Positions 41,462 to 51,296 of a stretch of 64,000 bases of DNA are shown here, piece after piece. Source of the stretch: Nanobdellota archaeon (GTDB lineage Archaea > Nanobdellota > Nanobdellia > SCGC-AAA011-G17 > JAGVZF01); the NCBI GenBank assembly GCA_038046405.1, contig JBBSWI010000019.1, positions 10,530 to 74,529 on the forward strand. The letters are read 5' to 3'. Positions within the stretch are counted from its first letter, which is position 1. The number at the start of each line of letters is the position of its first letter. Under the pieces are notes generated by a model, which ran no database searches, was not told the DNA's origin, and was given only the letters and a program-made list of their open reading frames with translations. Position numbers and translations under genes: made by a program.

Positions 41462-41755
41462 ATGGAATGGATAGAAAAGCTAGATGAACCGACAAAAGAG
41501 AGCCTGAAAACACAGATTAACATAACACATAATTATGAAGAGGCATTAAGATCTGCTAAAGATCCTCTAGTTGCGCAGCTCTGGCTGGCTGTGGCAAATC
41601 TTTCTAGGCAAATAAAGGATATAAAATCTAAGCTGGATTATCTTGAAAGAGCTCTGCAAGAGTCTCATAAGGAAAAAATGAAGACTACATCTAAAGAAGA
41701 AGCAAAAGAAATAAAAGAATACATGAAAAAAATAATGAAAGGGAAAAAAAAGTAA
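41462..41755 (+). CDS. Hypothetical coiled-coil protein
   Basis: 97 aa, charged and helical. Confidence 0.3.
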   Translation: MEWIEKLDEPTKESLKTQINITHNYEEALRSAKDPLVAQLWLAVANLSRQIKDIKSKLDYLERALQESHKEKMKTTSKEEAKEIKEYMKKIMKGKKK

Positions 41756-41814
41756 TTTTTTTAAAATTTTTAAAACAAAACTTTTATAAATCATCTGCAT
41801 TCTTTAATCATAAA

Positions 41815-42207
41815 ATGGGAGACAAAAAGGTAGTTGATGTCGGTTCTTTAAAAGTTGGCAGCTATGTAATCGTTGATGGCGCTGCCTGTGTTGTAAAAAA
41901 CATTCAGATCTCCAAGCCAGGAAAGCACGGAAGCACAAAGGCAAGGATCGAAGCCGTCGGCATAGTTGACGAACAAAAAAGAATATTTATCAAGCCAACA
42001 AGCGACAGAGTCGAAGTTCCTATAATAGAGAAGAAAAATGCGCAGGTTCTTTCAATACATGGAAACATTGCAAATGTAATGGAATCTGAAACATATGAAA
42101 CATTCGACATCGATATTCCCGAAGAGATGCAAAACCAAGTGAAGGAGGGGGGCTCAGTACTTTATTGGATCATCCTTGACAAAAAAGTATTGAAGCAAGT
42201 GAAATAA
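41815..42207 (+). CDS. eif5a: Translation initiation factor 5A
   Basis: The hypusine-loop motif KPGKHGSTKARIE is present, and the 130-aa length fits. Confidence 0.85.
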   Translation: MGDKKVVDVGSLKVGSYVIVDGAACVVKNIQISKPGKHGSTKARIEAVGIVDEQKRIFIKPTSDRVEVPIIEKKNAQVLSIHGNIANVMESETYETFDIDIPEEMQNQVKEGGSVLYWIILDKKVLKQVK

Positions 42208-42208
42208 A

Positions 42209-42373
42209 ATGGTAAAATCACCGGAAGCAAGTGCAAGGCTATTCCATAACGTGTTTGTCTGCAGAAAGTGCAAGAAAAAGCAGAGAACAAGCATGCAAAA
42301 GATACTTCAAGGCAGAATAATATGTAAAAACTGCGGCAGCAGGGCTTTTAGGGCAATTAAGAAAGGTAAATGA
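42209..42373 (+). CDS. rpl40e: Ribosomal protein L40e (not in ORF track; 54 aa)
   Basis: My own translation is MVKSPEASARLFHNVFVCRKCKKKQRTSMQKILQGRIICKNCGSRAFRAIKKGK. The ARLF...C.KC....Q.........C..C pattern matches archaeal L40e. It starts 1 nt after the aIF5A stop. Confidence 0.55.
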   Translation: MVKSPEASARLFHNVFVCRKCKKKQRTSMQKILQGRIICKNCGSRAFRAIKKGK

Positions 42374-43569
42374 TAATGAACTGGGATTTAATATTTCTTG
42401 TAATATTCTTGATCCTGCTATACATTTTTTATAGGGCCAACAAATCCAAATTTGAAGTCCAAAGCAAATTTGTATTCATCTACAAGTCTCAGATTGGAAT
42501 AAGGCCGATGGACAAAATTTCCAAACTACCAAGGCCGTTATTAAACACATTCTCTTTCATATCAGTTTTAACTGGATTTGCAGGAATGGTCTTTATTTTT
42601 TATACAATCGTGAAGTATACCTTTAAATTTTTGGCTGCGCCTTCAATAAATCAACCAGTGCTTTCTCCGGTTTTGCCCGGAGTAAATATTCCGGGAGTTG
42701 GAGTCATCTCTTTCTTTCATTGGATTATCGCAATATTTATCGTTGCAAGCATCCACGAATTCTCCCATGGTTTTCTCGCAAGATTTTACAATGTGAAAAT
42801 TAAGTCTTCGGGCTTTCTATTCCTAGGCCCAATACTGGGGGCATTTGTCGAGCCTGATGAAGAGCAACTAGCAAAAAAATCAAAATACTCACAACTAGCT
42901 ATTTTTTCTGCAGGCCCATTTTCAAACATCCTTACAGGACTCTTGTTTTTTCTCATATTGTTGATGATTACGTCTCCTGTTGGAAACATGTTTGAATATA
43001 AGGGTGTCGAGGTTGTTTCCGTTGATTCGCAATTTCCAGGTGCTTTAGCAGGAATAAAGCCCGGAGAAAGGATTTTGTCTGTCAACAATAAGCCAATCGA
43101 CAATCTAGAGGAGTTCAGCTCTATTCTCAATAAAACAAAGCCAAATGAAAAGCTGCCGATAGGGACAAATTTGATGAATTATACAGTTACTTTGGCAAAG
43201 CATCCAGAAAGTCCAGACAAAGGCTTCATAGGCGTAAGGACACAGCCAGCGTCATTTATAGTAAAGGACAATGTAAAGAATTCTTTAGGTACGTTTATCC
43301 CAAATGCGCTGCTTTGGATATATCAATTGTTTAAATGGCTGTTTTTAGTCAGCCTAGGAATAGCTTTATTTAATTTGCTTCCTTTGGGGCCATTAGACGG
43401 CGGAAGAATGTTCCTTACTCTGTTGATGGGCATTTTCAAGGATGAAAGAAAGGCCAAGTTTGTATGGGGTACTATAAGCATATTTCTCCTTGCATTGATA
43501 CTCGTCAACCTATGGCCGTTCATTAAGAAATCTTTCTTGTTTTTATTGAGCCCGATACTAGGGATATGA
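42370..43569 (+). CDS. Site-2 protease (M50 family) with PDZ domain
   Basis: HExxH (IHEFSHGFLA), a PDZ segment GALAGIKPGERILSVNNKPI, and a polytopic membrane layout. Confidence 0.75.
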   Translation: MIMNWDLIFLVIFLILLYIFYRANKSKFEVQSKFVFIYKSQIGIRPMDKISKLPRPLLNTFSFISVLTGFAGMVFIFYTIVKYTFKFLAAPSINQPVLSPVLPGVNIPGVGVISFFHWIIAIFIVASIHEFSHGFLARFYNVKIKSSGFLFLGPILGAFVEPDEEQLAKKSKYSQLAIFSAGPFSNILTGLLFFLILLMITSPVGNMFEYKGVEVVSVDSQFPGALAGIKPGERILSVNNKPIDNLEEFSSILNKTKPNEKLPIGTNLMNYTVTLAKHPESPDKGFIGVRTQPASFIVKDNVKNSLGTFIPNALLWIYQLFKWLFLVSLGIALFNLLPLGPLDGGRMFLTLLMGIFKDERKAKFVWGTISIFLLALILVNLWPFIKKSFLFLLSPILGI

Positions 43570-44535
43570 TTTTTCTAGAACGACTATCTTCCTGGTGAGG
43601 CCTTTATGGATCCTATTAAGTATTTCCGCTCTGACCTTGAAACCCCCAGTTTTTATCTCTATATTACTGGGCATTACTATTACCATCCGGCCATTATTTT
43701 TTAAAAGTTCATGACTTTTGTCCATAAATTTATTATACAAATCCTGAATATCTGCCCCATGCAAGCTAGAATGCCTCCCATAAGGCAGGTCGGTCACTAT
43801 AGCGTCCATTTTTAATTTTTTTATTTTCAAGGCGTCACCATTTTTCAGAACATAATTTTTTATTTTGTAATGTTCAAGATTTTTTTTGCATCTCAGCATA
43901 ATATATTTGTCAATGTCATTCCCTGTCACTTTGCAATTCAGGATTCCAGCCTCTATCAATATGGCCCCAACGCCGCAAAAAGGATCGAGCAAGGATTTAT
44001 TTTCTTCGATTCTGCTAAGATTTACCAAAGCCCTTGCAAAAATAGCATTCATTGTTGAAGGATGAAATCCCGGCCTGAACTTTGCATCTCTTTCTCTAAA
44101 ATTGCCACGATCAATTTTACATAGTTCAAGGCACACATAAACATTATTTTTTGTGAATATAAAATCAAAATTGGTTTTTGCATTCTGCAAGTCCACCTTA
44201 GGCTTTTTTAGCTTGCCCCAAATCAGGCTTCCAATTAATTTTTCGTTATAGGCAATCTTTAAATCAGAAGGAATCTTTATTACTCTTGCCCTGAAACTCT
44301 TTTTATAATATTTCTGAAACTCTACTTTTTTTATTTCTTCCATCAATTCTGTAGGTTTTGCTTTCAATAACAATTCATAAACTTTATGAGTGTATGCAAG
44401 CCTCTCGAAATCGAATTTTTTTGCTTCAAATACCAAGATTCTGTCTTCCAGGCAATATTCCTTGGCTCCACTTAAGGCCAGCACTTCCTCCTTTGCCAAG
44501 TTTACATTTTCCCCGCTCAATAAAAATGTATACAT
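43558..44535 (-). CDS. THUMP-domain tRNA (guanine-N2)-methyltransferase, Trm11/Trm-G10 family
   Basis: N-terminal THUMP-like region, SAM motif DPFCGVGAIL, and catalytic DLPYG (DPPY variant). Confidence 0.7.
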   Translation of the reverse strand: MYTFLLSGENVNLAKEEVLALSGAKEYCLEDRILVFEAKKFDFERLAYTHKVYELLLKAKPTELMEEIKKVEFQKYYKKSFRARVIKIPSDLKIAYNEKLIGSLIWGKLKKPKVDLQNAKTNFDFIFTKNNVYVCLELCKIDRGNFRERDAKFRPGFHPSTMNAIFARALVNLSRIEENKSLLDPFCGVGAILIEAGILNCKVTGNDIDKYIMLRCKKNLEHYKIKNYVLKNGDALKIKKLKMDAIVTDLPYGRHSSLHGADIQDLYNKFMDKSHELLKNNGRMVIVMPSNIEIKTGGFKVRAEILNRIHKGLTRKIVVLEKSYP

Positions 44536-44568
44536 AAATATTAAAAATAAGATGCTTTTATTTAATTT

Positions 44569-45330
44569 ATGTTATTTGATGTACACTGCCATTTGACAGA
44601 CATGTATTTTTCCGGCAAGATTGATTCTATAGTAGACGAATGTATAGGCAAAAATGTATCCATTCTAATATCGGCCGGTCTGAATCCGATAGACAACAGA
44701 AAAGTTCTAGAAATTTCTAAGAAACATAAAATAGTAAATGCCTCTTTAGGATTATACCCATTAGATGCAATTTCACTGAAAGAAGAGGAAATCATTGGTG
44801 AAATTGGATTTATAACAAAAAATAAGGAGAATATCATAGCTATCTCAGAGGTAGGCTTAGATCTGCATTACACGAATGAAATTAAAAAACAAATTTGGGC
44901 ATTTCAGAATTTCATCGAGCTTTCAGAAAAGATTGGCAAACCATTGATAGTACACTCCAGAAAAGCTGAGGCTGAAGTTATTGAGATGCTTGAATCTTCT
45001 AATGTGAAATCTGCAATACTGCATTCATTTGGCGGAAATAAAAACCTAATTAAGCGAGCAATTGACAACAAATTTTATTTTTCAATTCCGCCATTAATAG
45101 CAAGGTCCTCTAATTTTCAGACATTGGTTGATTTAGCACCCTTAAATTTATTGCTTACCGAATCAGACTCGCCATACCAGTCACCGACGAAGAATCAGAG
45201 AAATTATCCATTTAATGTAATAGAGTCATTTAAAAAAATTTCTGAAATAAAAAAATTGGACAAAATTGAAACTGAAAACATTCTTTTTATGAATTTTCAA
45301 AAAATTTTCAAAAAATGGAAAACTATATAA
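44569..45330 (+). CDS. tatD: TatD-family metal-dependent hydrolase/DNase
   Basis: MLFDVHCHL; the overall length is 253 aa. Confidence 0.75.
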   Translation: MLFDVHCHLTDMYFSGKIDSIVDECIGKNVSILISAGLNPIDNRKVLEISKKHKIVNASLGLYPLDAISLKEEEIIGEIGFITKNKENIIAISEVGLDLHYTNEIKKQIWAFQNFIELSEKIGKPLIVHSRKAEAEVIEMLESSNVKSAILHSFGGNKNLIKRAIDNKFYFSIPPLIARSSNFQTLVDLAPLNLLLTESDSPYQSPTKNQRNYPFNVIESFKKISEIKKLDKIETENILFMNFQKIFKKWKTI

Positions 45331-45469
45331 ACAAGTTAATACACTTTTTTATAAATTTATTATTTACTCTGCATTAGCTGGGGTAAGAGAGGTGTTTATC
45401 ATGGCAAAGAAGAAAAAAAGAAGATAAATAACATTTAAAATTCCAGATTTTTTTTCTTTTAAATTTTTT

Positions 45470-46069
45470 TTAAAATTCAAGAATCTTGCCAGCTTTTCCC
45501 GGATTTATAACTAATGTATTGTTTACCTCGTCAAATTTTCCAAAAGTTTCATGAAAATGGCCGCATATTGCTACTATCGGATTATATTTATCTATGAATC
45601 TTCTATAAGACTTGCATCCTCTATGGCCTAGTCCGTGAATCATGTCTACTTTAGTATTATAGACTGGGCCGTGCGTAATCAGAATTATTTTTTCCCCTTT
45701 AAGCAGTTCATTTTTTTTATTTTCTACGAACCTCTCAAATTCTGAATCGCGTGATGAAAATCCCCCTCCGCCCATCCCTATGAACAAATAGCCTCCAAGC
45801 CTTAAGATTTTTTTATGCATACAAACACAATCTTCAATATTTTCGCACAATGCCTTAAGTTCATCATAATCTTCGTGATTACCATGAATTATCAACAACG
45901 GTTTTTTGACAGATTTAATTGCATTAATAAGCATAGAAAGATTATCCCCGAAATTGCTCAAATCCCCAGCGCACACTAAAATATCAGGATCATCTTTTTT
46001 CACAGAGCCCAAAATAGCCTTTATTGCTTTTTTATCACCATGAATATCTGTAAATGCAAGTAATCTCAT
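45470..46069 (-). CDS. Calcineurin-like metallophosphoesterase (paralogue of 8499-9101)
   Basis: TDIHGD, GDL, GNHE, GHFH. Confidence 0.7.
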   Translation of the reverse strand: MRLLAFTDIHGDKKAIKAILGSVKKDDPDILVCAGDLSNFGDNLSMLINAIKSVKKPLLIIHGNHEDYDELKALCENIEDCVCMHKKILRLGGYLFIGMGGGGFSSRDSEFERFVENKKNELLKGEKIILITHGPVYNTKVDMIHGLGHRGCKSYRRFIDKYNPIVAICGHFHETFGKFDEVNNTLVINPGKAGKILEF

Positions 46070-46476
46070 AGAAAAGAAATAGCATGTCTCTCATTTTTAT
46101 TCTTTTCTAAAACAAAGAAATCAATCAATATCACAATAACCCTCCATAAACCCAAATTCAAAATCGTCTATCTCATCCTCATCAAACAATTTCCTCCTGT
46201 CTTCTTCTGAATATATATCCATTTTAGCCACCCCTCAAAATTTTTTTCATGCTGAAAGTCCTTTTTTCAAGCTCAGCATCATCTAGTGGAAGTCTCCTCA
46301 ACAATTCGCTTAATACTTCCTCAATTTCTTTAGTCATTATTATCCCCCCTTAAATTCCCCGCCGAGGTCCAGAAATAGATAATTTCAACTCCAAGGCTTA
46401 ATAGTTTCTCCTCAATTTCTCTGCTTATTTTCGATTTAACCATGACTAATTATAAGCAACATTTATTTATAAGCAA

Positions 46477-46512
46477 GTCGCGCGAGCCGTGGAATGTGAG
46501 AATTGTTTTCAA
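46477..46512 (+). repeat. 36-bp sequence identical to 57623-57658 (IS200/605 left-end-like element with palindrome tcgcgcga); orphan copy
   Basis: gtcgcgcgagccgtggaatgtgagaattgttttcaa is present at both loci, and the weaker similarity extends to about 60 bp. Confidence 0.8.
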
Positions 46513-46601
46513 GATATATTTTATAACATAGCATCTAAAGAATAATAAGTTTAAAGCCACATAACCGCATTAAATAGCCTTTTTAGGCATAAACAAAAAT
46601 C

Positions 46602-47666
46602 TCAAAATTCATCAAGCCTTCTTATATATTTCACTATATAGCTTTTGCCACTTGTTCCGATGTTTAATTCCTCTGTTTCTATGAGCTTGTTTTTCTTCAA
46701 CTCATTAATTCTCCGATGAAATGTAGTGTAAGCTTTTTCACCACCACCTTTTTTGTATATCTCATAGATCTCTTTTATTTTTTTCCCGGAATTTGCTTTT
46801 ATTATATCAAGAATTCTCTTTTCATCTAGCTCCAAAGAAAAATTATCAGCTACCCTAGATTTCTGGAATTTCTCTATTGCCTTCATAACATGGCCAGAAT
46901 TTATCTTCTTGCTAGATTCATTCTCGGCTATTTCTCCGGATTCTTTCATTAAATAAAGTCCAGCCCTAATATCCCGAACTTCATAGCATTTATCCACTAT
47001 AAATTCAAAAGCGTCATTATCTAAACTGCCTGGAACAAAAGCAATTTCCTGCCTGCTTTTCAAAATACCCCCTGTTTCTTCCTTATTGTAAAGCTTGAAC
47101 TCAATCTCTTCTATATTAAGCCTTGATCTTAATCTCTTGTCTAAATTAATCACAAAGTCTTTGTTGTTTGTTATTAGCAGAATTGTTTTCCTGTAGATTT
47201 CTTCAAGCAGACTATATAATGCATCAAAATCCTTTAACTTATCAACCTCGTCAAATACAATCACTGCAGACTTCTTGTTTACATTGCTAGAGATTACACT
47301 AATTAATTCGTCTGTCCTTTTGTTATGGGTGAACTTGTATCCAATCTGATTGCAGGTTTCATTTACAATTTTGAAACTCGTGTCGAATTTCCAGCAGTTA
47401 ATATAAATCAAATAGACTACATCATCATATTCCTCAAGTTCCTTGAGCACGTTCCTGCTGCTTACAGTCTTACCCACGCCAGGCGGCCCGAAAATAAACA
47501 GGTTTTTCCCATTCCTGTTATTGAATAAAGGCTTTATGCAAGAAGCAACATAATTCTGGAAATTTTCCCTGTAAAGAACTAATTTTGGCTGGTAGTCAAA
47601 ATCGAGGGCCATCGGATTAAGAAACAAAGATTCCGAATCCCTTAGAAAGTCCTTAAATGCAGCCAT
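46602..47666 (-). CDS. orc1: Orc1/Cdc6 replication initiator
   Basis: Walker A FIFGPPGVGKT, AAA+ core and a C-terminal winged helix. Confidence 0.9.
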   Translation of the reverse strand: MAAFKDFLRDSESLFLNPMALDFDYQPKLVLYRENFQNYVASCIKPLFNNRNGKNLFIFGPPGVGKTVSSRNVLKELEEYDDVVYLIYINCWKFDTSFKIVNETCNQIGYKFTHNKRTDELISVISSNVNKKSAVIVFDEVDKLKDFDALYSLLEEIYRKTILLITNNKDFVINLDKRLRSRLNIEEIEFKLYNKEETGGILKSRQEIAFVPGSLDNDAFEFIVDKCYEVRDIRAGLYLMKESGEIAENESSKKINSGHVMKAIEKFQKSRVADNFSLELDEKRILDIIKANSGKKIKEIYEIYKKGGGEKAYTTFHRRINELKKNKLIETEELNIGTSGKSYIVKYIRRLDEF

Positions 47667-47701
47667 GCCATAAAACAGCCAATGTAGAAATATAAAACTT
47701 T

Positions 47702-48055
47702 CTAAATCTCTTCCACGCCATTTTTGGTTAGGGCCATCAGCCTTATCCCAACACCAAGCTTCAGTAATGCGGAAACTAGTGCCATATGCTCCTTGCCAAT
47801 GCCAGAAATAAAGTTTACAGCAACCTCAGTACCCTTAATTCTCTCCTTGAGGTTATTGTAGATATCATCCCTTAATTCATTAATTCCTATATTCATATTT
47901 ACAGCTATTAATTCTGTTTTATCATCTTTGGTGAAGTTTTCCTTGCCGTAGTCGTTAGTAATAAGAAAAATGTTATCCCATTTACCGTCCTGAATAAGCT
48001 TAGAAACATGACCCCACGTTCCCTTTCCCGTAGACAAGCAAGCTACTAATTCCAT
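47702..48055 (-). CDS. Hypothetical alpha/beta protein
   Basis: 117 aa with no motif I recognise. Confidence 0.3.
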   Translation of the reverse strand: MELVACLSTGKGTWGHVSKLIQDGKWDNIFLITNDYGKENFTKDDKTELIAVNMNIGINELRDDIYNNLKERIKGTEVAVNFISGIGKEHMALVSALLKLGVGIRLMALTKNGVEEI

Positions 48056-48117
48056 AGAAATGCAAAATTTTATTGGTATTTATAAAACTTTTGAATCAGA
48101 TAAGAAATCAAGCAAGC

Positions 48118-48528
48118 TTAAACGTGATACCTTAATAGGCTTATAGGTTTTCTGTCCTTATAGCCGGTATTTGACTCATGCCAGAACCTTATTGAATCCT
48201 CTCCAAGCGTCCAGCACAAGAAAATTTCTCTATTTTGATGCAGGGAATAAATGTCTACCAATCCAGATTCTATATCATTTACTATGATCCCCCTATCAAG
48301 CAAATAATCCAAAAGCCTGTATAGTTCAAAACTTAACTTGAAGAATTTTTTGTTGAATTTTAAGTTGTTCCTCATCTCGCTATAGAGGTCATCATAGCTT
48401 ATTTCTACAGAGCTCATATATTCAAGTGTTTTGTTTACTGTAACAATTTTTCTAACCATCCTCTTTAGCCTTGGCAGAATCGCTTCAGCATATTCAAGAG
48501 TACAGTAATTTTTGTTGTAAAGTTCCAT
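48118..48528 (-). CDS. Hypothetical conserved protein (DUF2203-like)
   Basis: 136 aa; the family assignment is tentative. Confidence 0.3.
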   Translation of the reverse strand: MELYNKNYCTLEYAEAILPRLKRMVRKIVTVNKTLEYMSSVEISYDDLYSEMRNNLKFNKKFFKLSFELYRLLDYLLDRGIIVNDIESGLVDIYSLHQNREIFLCWTLGEDSIRFWHESNTGYKDRKPISLLRYHV

Positions 48529-48579
48529 TTGTTAGGATTAAATCAACCTCTTTGCATATTAAGTGAGTGTATATTTCAC

Positions 48580-48936
48580 TTAACCAAATGACTTTCCACA
48601 ATGGCAAGTCTCCTTTACATTCGGATTTTCGAATTTGAAACTTGAACCATAGAGATTGTCAATGTAATGTATTCTAGTACCCTTCAAGTGATGCAAACTG
48701 TTTCTGTCAAGAAAAAGCCTAACTCCATGGCTCTCTATTATTATATCTTCCTTTGAAGGTTCTTTGTCGAAATAAAGCGCATATTGGAATCCTGCACAGC
48801 CGCCAGGAATAGCTTGTATCTTCATGCCATAATCTGTTTTCTGCTGCTTTTTAGCCAAGAGTTTTATTTTTTGGGCAGCTTCTTTGCTTAAGGCCACAAT
48901 AGGGTCATTCTTTTTTTCTTCTACAATGCTCTTCAT
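48580..48936 (-). CDS. HesB/IscA-family Fe-S cluster insertion protein
   Basis: GGCAGFQY...CHCGKSF has the three conserved Cys. Confidence 0.8.
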   Translation of the reverse strand: MKSIVEEKKNDPIVALSKEAAQKIKLLAKKQQKTDYGMKIQAIPGGCAGFQYALYFDKEPSKEDIIIESHGVRLFLDRNSLHHLKGTRIHYIDNLYGSSFKFENPNVKETCHCGKSFG

Positions 48937-49025
48937 AACAATAGTTATATAAATATAATATAAAAACCTTTCGTTTAAATTAAAGAATAAACAAAATTTA
49001 AAAATTTAATTCAATTAATACATTA

Positions 49026-50108
49026 ATGGAAAAAATTGTCGTAGTTGGTGGCTCAGTAGCTGGCGGCTCTGCAGCATATAATTTAGCTAGAGATTTTGAC
49101 GTTGAAATTATAGAGGAACATTCCCACTTCAGAAAAACATGCTCTGGAATATTGACAGATCCTGTAAATGAACTTATTAAAGTGAAGCCTTCAGTAATAG
49201 AGAACAAAGTAAGCAAGTTCAGGATTTATTCTCCAAATAATAACTGCCTTGAATTAGAATTCAAAAAACCTGACATAATATTCAACCGGGAGAAATTAAA
49301 TGAATATATAGTAGACCTGGCTGTTAAGAAAGGCGCAAACATAAGGCAAAATACAAATTTTATACGGACTGAAAATAAAAAAATAATTGTAAAATCAAAA
49401 GGCAAAGAATTTGGCCTAAATACAAATTACTTAATAGGTGCAGACGGCGCTTTGAGCACAGTTGCAAAATCAATAAATCTGTTCAATGACAGAAAGTTTT
49501 TCCTAGCAGCAAAAGCGATAATAAAGAGCAAGAACGATAATGCAATAGAAATCTATCCTTATTATGGCTGCTTTTCTTGGGTCGTTCCCAGGAATGAAGA
49601 TGAAATCGAAGTAGGCACAATGTCCCACTACAATGATCCACAGGCTTTCAATAAGTTTTTGCAGAGATTTAACAAAACACCAATTAAAAAAGAGGCGTCA
49701 ATAATTCCAATTTACAATCCAAAAATAAAGACCTTTACCATACACAATAATATTAAAACTTATTTGATCGGTGATGCAGCTACGATGGCAAAGGCAACTA
49801 CTGGCGGTTCAATAATGCAGAGCCTCGCAGCAGCAAAAATTCTCGCAGATTCTATAATCAAAAACCAAAACTACGAGAAAAACTGGAAATCAAAGATAGG
49901 CAAGCAGCTTTATTTGCACCTCAAAATAAGAAAATTTCTTGACAAACTTAATTTAGAAGACTGGGATTGTTTAGTCGATTCATTGAAAGATCCAAAGATA
50001 AAAAATATTCTAGAAACAAAATATAGAGACAATCCAGGATTTATTTTTCAGATGCTGTATCTAAAGCCAAGCTTGCTGAAATTCTCGAAAATTTTTTTAA
50101 CAAAATAA
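49026..50108 (+). CDS. Geranylgeranyl reductase-family FAD-dependent oxidoreductase
   Basis: VVVGGSVAGGSAAYNLA Rossmann dinucleotide motif, and GDAA. Confidence 0.6.
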   Translation: MEKIVVVGGSVAGGSAAYNLARDFDVEIIEEHSHFRKTCSGILTDPVNELIKVKPSVIENKVSKFRIYSPNNNCLELEFKKPDIIFNREKLNEYIVDLAVKKGANIRQNTNFIRTENKKIIVKSKGKEFGLNTNYLIGADGALSTVAKSINLFNDRKFFLAAKAIIKSKNDNAIEIYPYYGCFSWVVPRNEDEIEVGTMSHYNDPQAFNKFLQRFNKTPIKKEASIIPIYNPKIKTFTIHNNIKTYLIGDAATMAKATTGGSIMQSLAAAKILADSIIKNQNYEKNWKSKIGKQLYLHLKIRKFLDKLNLEDWDCLVDSLKDPKIKNILETKYRDNPGFIFQMLYLKPSLLKFSKIFLTK

Positions 50109-50185
50109 AAATTCTGCGAATTTTTAAGCAATTTTCTCGTCACAAATTCCCAGAAATAGAAAAGTTTATAAACTAGTTTTGCATA

Positions 50186-50800
50186 TTGTTTTCCAATAGA
50201 ATATTTTACGGAGTTAAGCTACAAAAAACAAATATGAACCATAAGTATGGTCAGACTTCTAAGCCATATCAAAATGGCAGTGGTGTTTTTCGGCGTGGGC
50301 TAAAGACCGCCGAAGCTATAATAGGAGAGCATGCTGTATGTATAGGTTTTGGACCACATTTGATGCTTGATGGTTACGGGGCCGAAAGGAAAAAACTGGA
50401 AGATCTAAATTTAATTTATAGAGCCTTAGATGAATTGCCTTCAGAGATAGGCATGACAAAAATTATGCCTCCTTATGTTTTCAGGTATTCAGGAGTTAAA
50501 CCGGAAGACTGGGGGCTTTCTGGATTTGTATTGATAGCAGAAAGTCACATATCTATTCATACTTTTCCTGAAAAAAGATTCTTAAGTGTGGATATCTTTT
50601 CATGCAAGAATTTTGATACTGATTTTGCACAACAATATGTAAGAAAGCTTTTCAACGTAGGCAAATTTGAATCAATAGTTCTTGACCGTGGCACAGAGTT
50701 CCCAAAAGATATCAGAGCGACTGCAGATATAATAAGGCGGGCCAGAAAAGCTGCAACCTCTCCAGTAGAAGCCTGCAAACCTCTAGAAGAAAAACTTTAA
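50186..50800 (+). CDS. speH: S-adenosylmethionine decarboxylase proenzyme (SpeH type, pyruvoyl)
   Basis: LIAESHISIHTFPE matches the processing/active-site region ESHISIHTWPE. The N-terminal extension suggests that the real start is internal. Confidence 0.65.
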   Translation: MFSNRIFYGVKLQKTNMNHKYGQTSKPYQNGSGVFRRGLKTAEAIIGEHAVCIGFGPHLMLDGYGAERKKLEDLNLIYRALDELPSEIGMTKIMPPYVFRYSGVKPEDWGLSGFVLIAESHISIHTFPEKRFLSVDIFSCKNFDTDFAQQYVRKLFNVGKFESIVLDRGTEFPKDIRATADIIRRARKAATSPVEACKPLEEKL

Positions 50801-50840
50801 AACCAAAAATTTTTAAACAAACCCCGATATTCTAATATCG

Positions 50841-51296
50841 ATGCCAAAAACAATCTCAAAAGATACTCCTCTTGCGGAGATTACTTTAAGACGTTATGAA
50901 AAGCCTTACCCCACATCTAAGCGAGAGTTGATAAGAAAATTATGCCTCTCAATAGGATTGTTACAACCAGGAGATTCTAGGGATATTATAGTAGACCTCC
51001 TTCAGGTGCTTCTCGACGCAAAAAAATCAAAAAAACTTCTGAATTCAGAAGAAATACGCGAAAAGGTTATAAAATCAAGGAAGTCGCAAAAACTTCCATT
51101 AAAGGGAGTTGCATCCTCTAATATTCGGCGGCAGCTCAAAAGATTAAAAGACTTGTTTCTTATAGAGAAGCACCAGAACGAATACAGAGTGACAGAATTT
51201 GAAGACCTTAATATTATATTTGAAAAGAAAATTAAGGAAATTTACTTGAAATCAATTCTTGAAAGGGTCCACGAATATTTTAATGCATTAAAATGA
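50841..51296 (+). CDS. Hypothetical winged-helix protein
   Basis: 151 aa and basic. It is possibly co-transcribed with the downstream methyltransferase. Confidence 0.3.
   Translation: MPKTISKDTPLAEITLRRYEKPYPTSKRELIRKLCLSIGLLQPGDSRDIIVDLLQVLLDAKKSKKLLNSEEIREKVIKSRKSQKLPLKGVASSNIRRQLKRLKDLFLIEKHQNEYRVTEFEDLNIIFEKKIKEIYLKSILERVHEYFNALK

Noticed and set aside
47702-48055. Possible CARF/Rossmann-like signalling domain next to orc1
   Set aside because: The resemblance is vague and rests on no diagnostic motif. I left it as a hypothetical protein.
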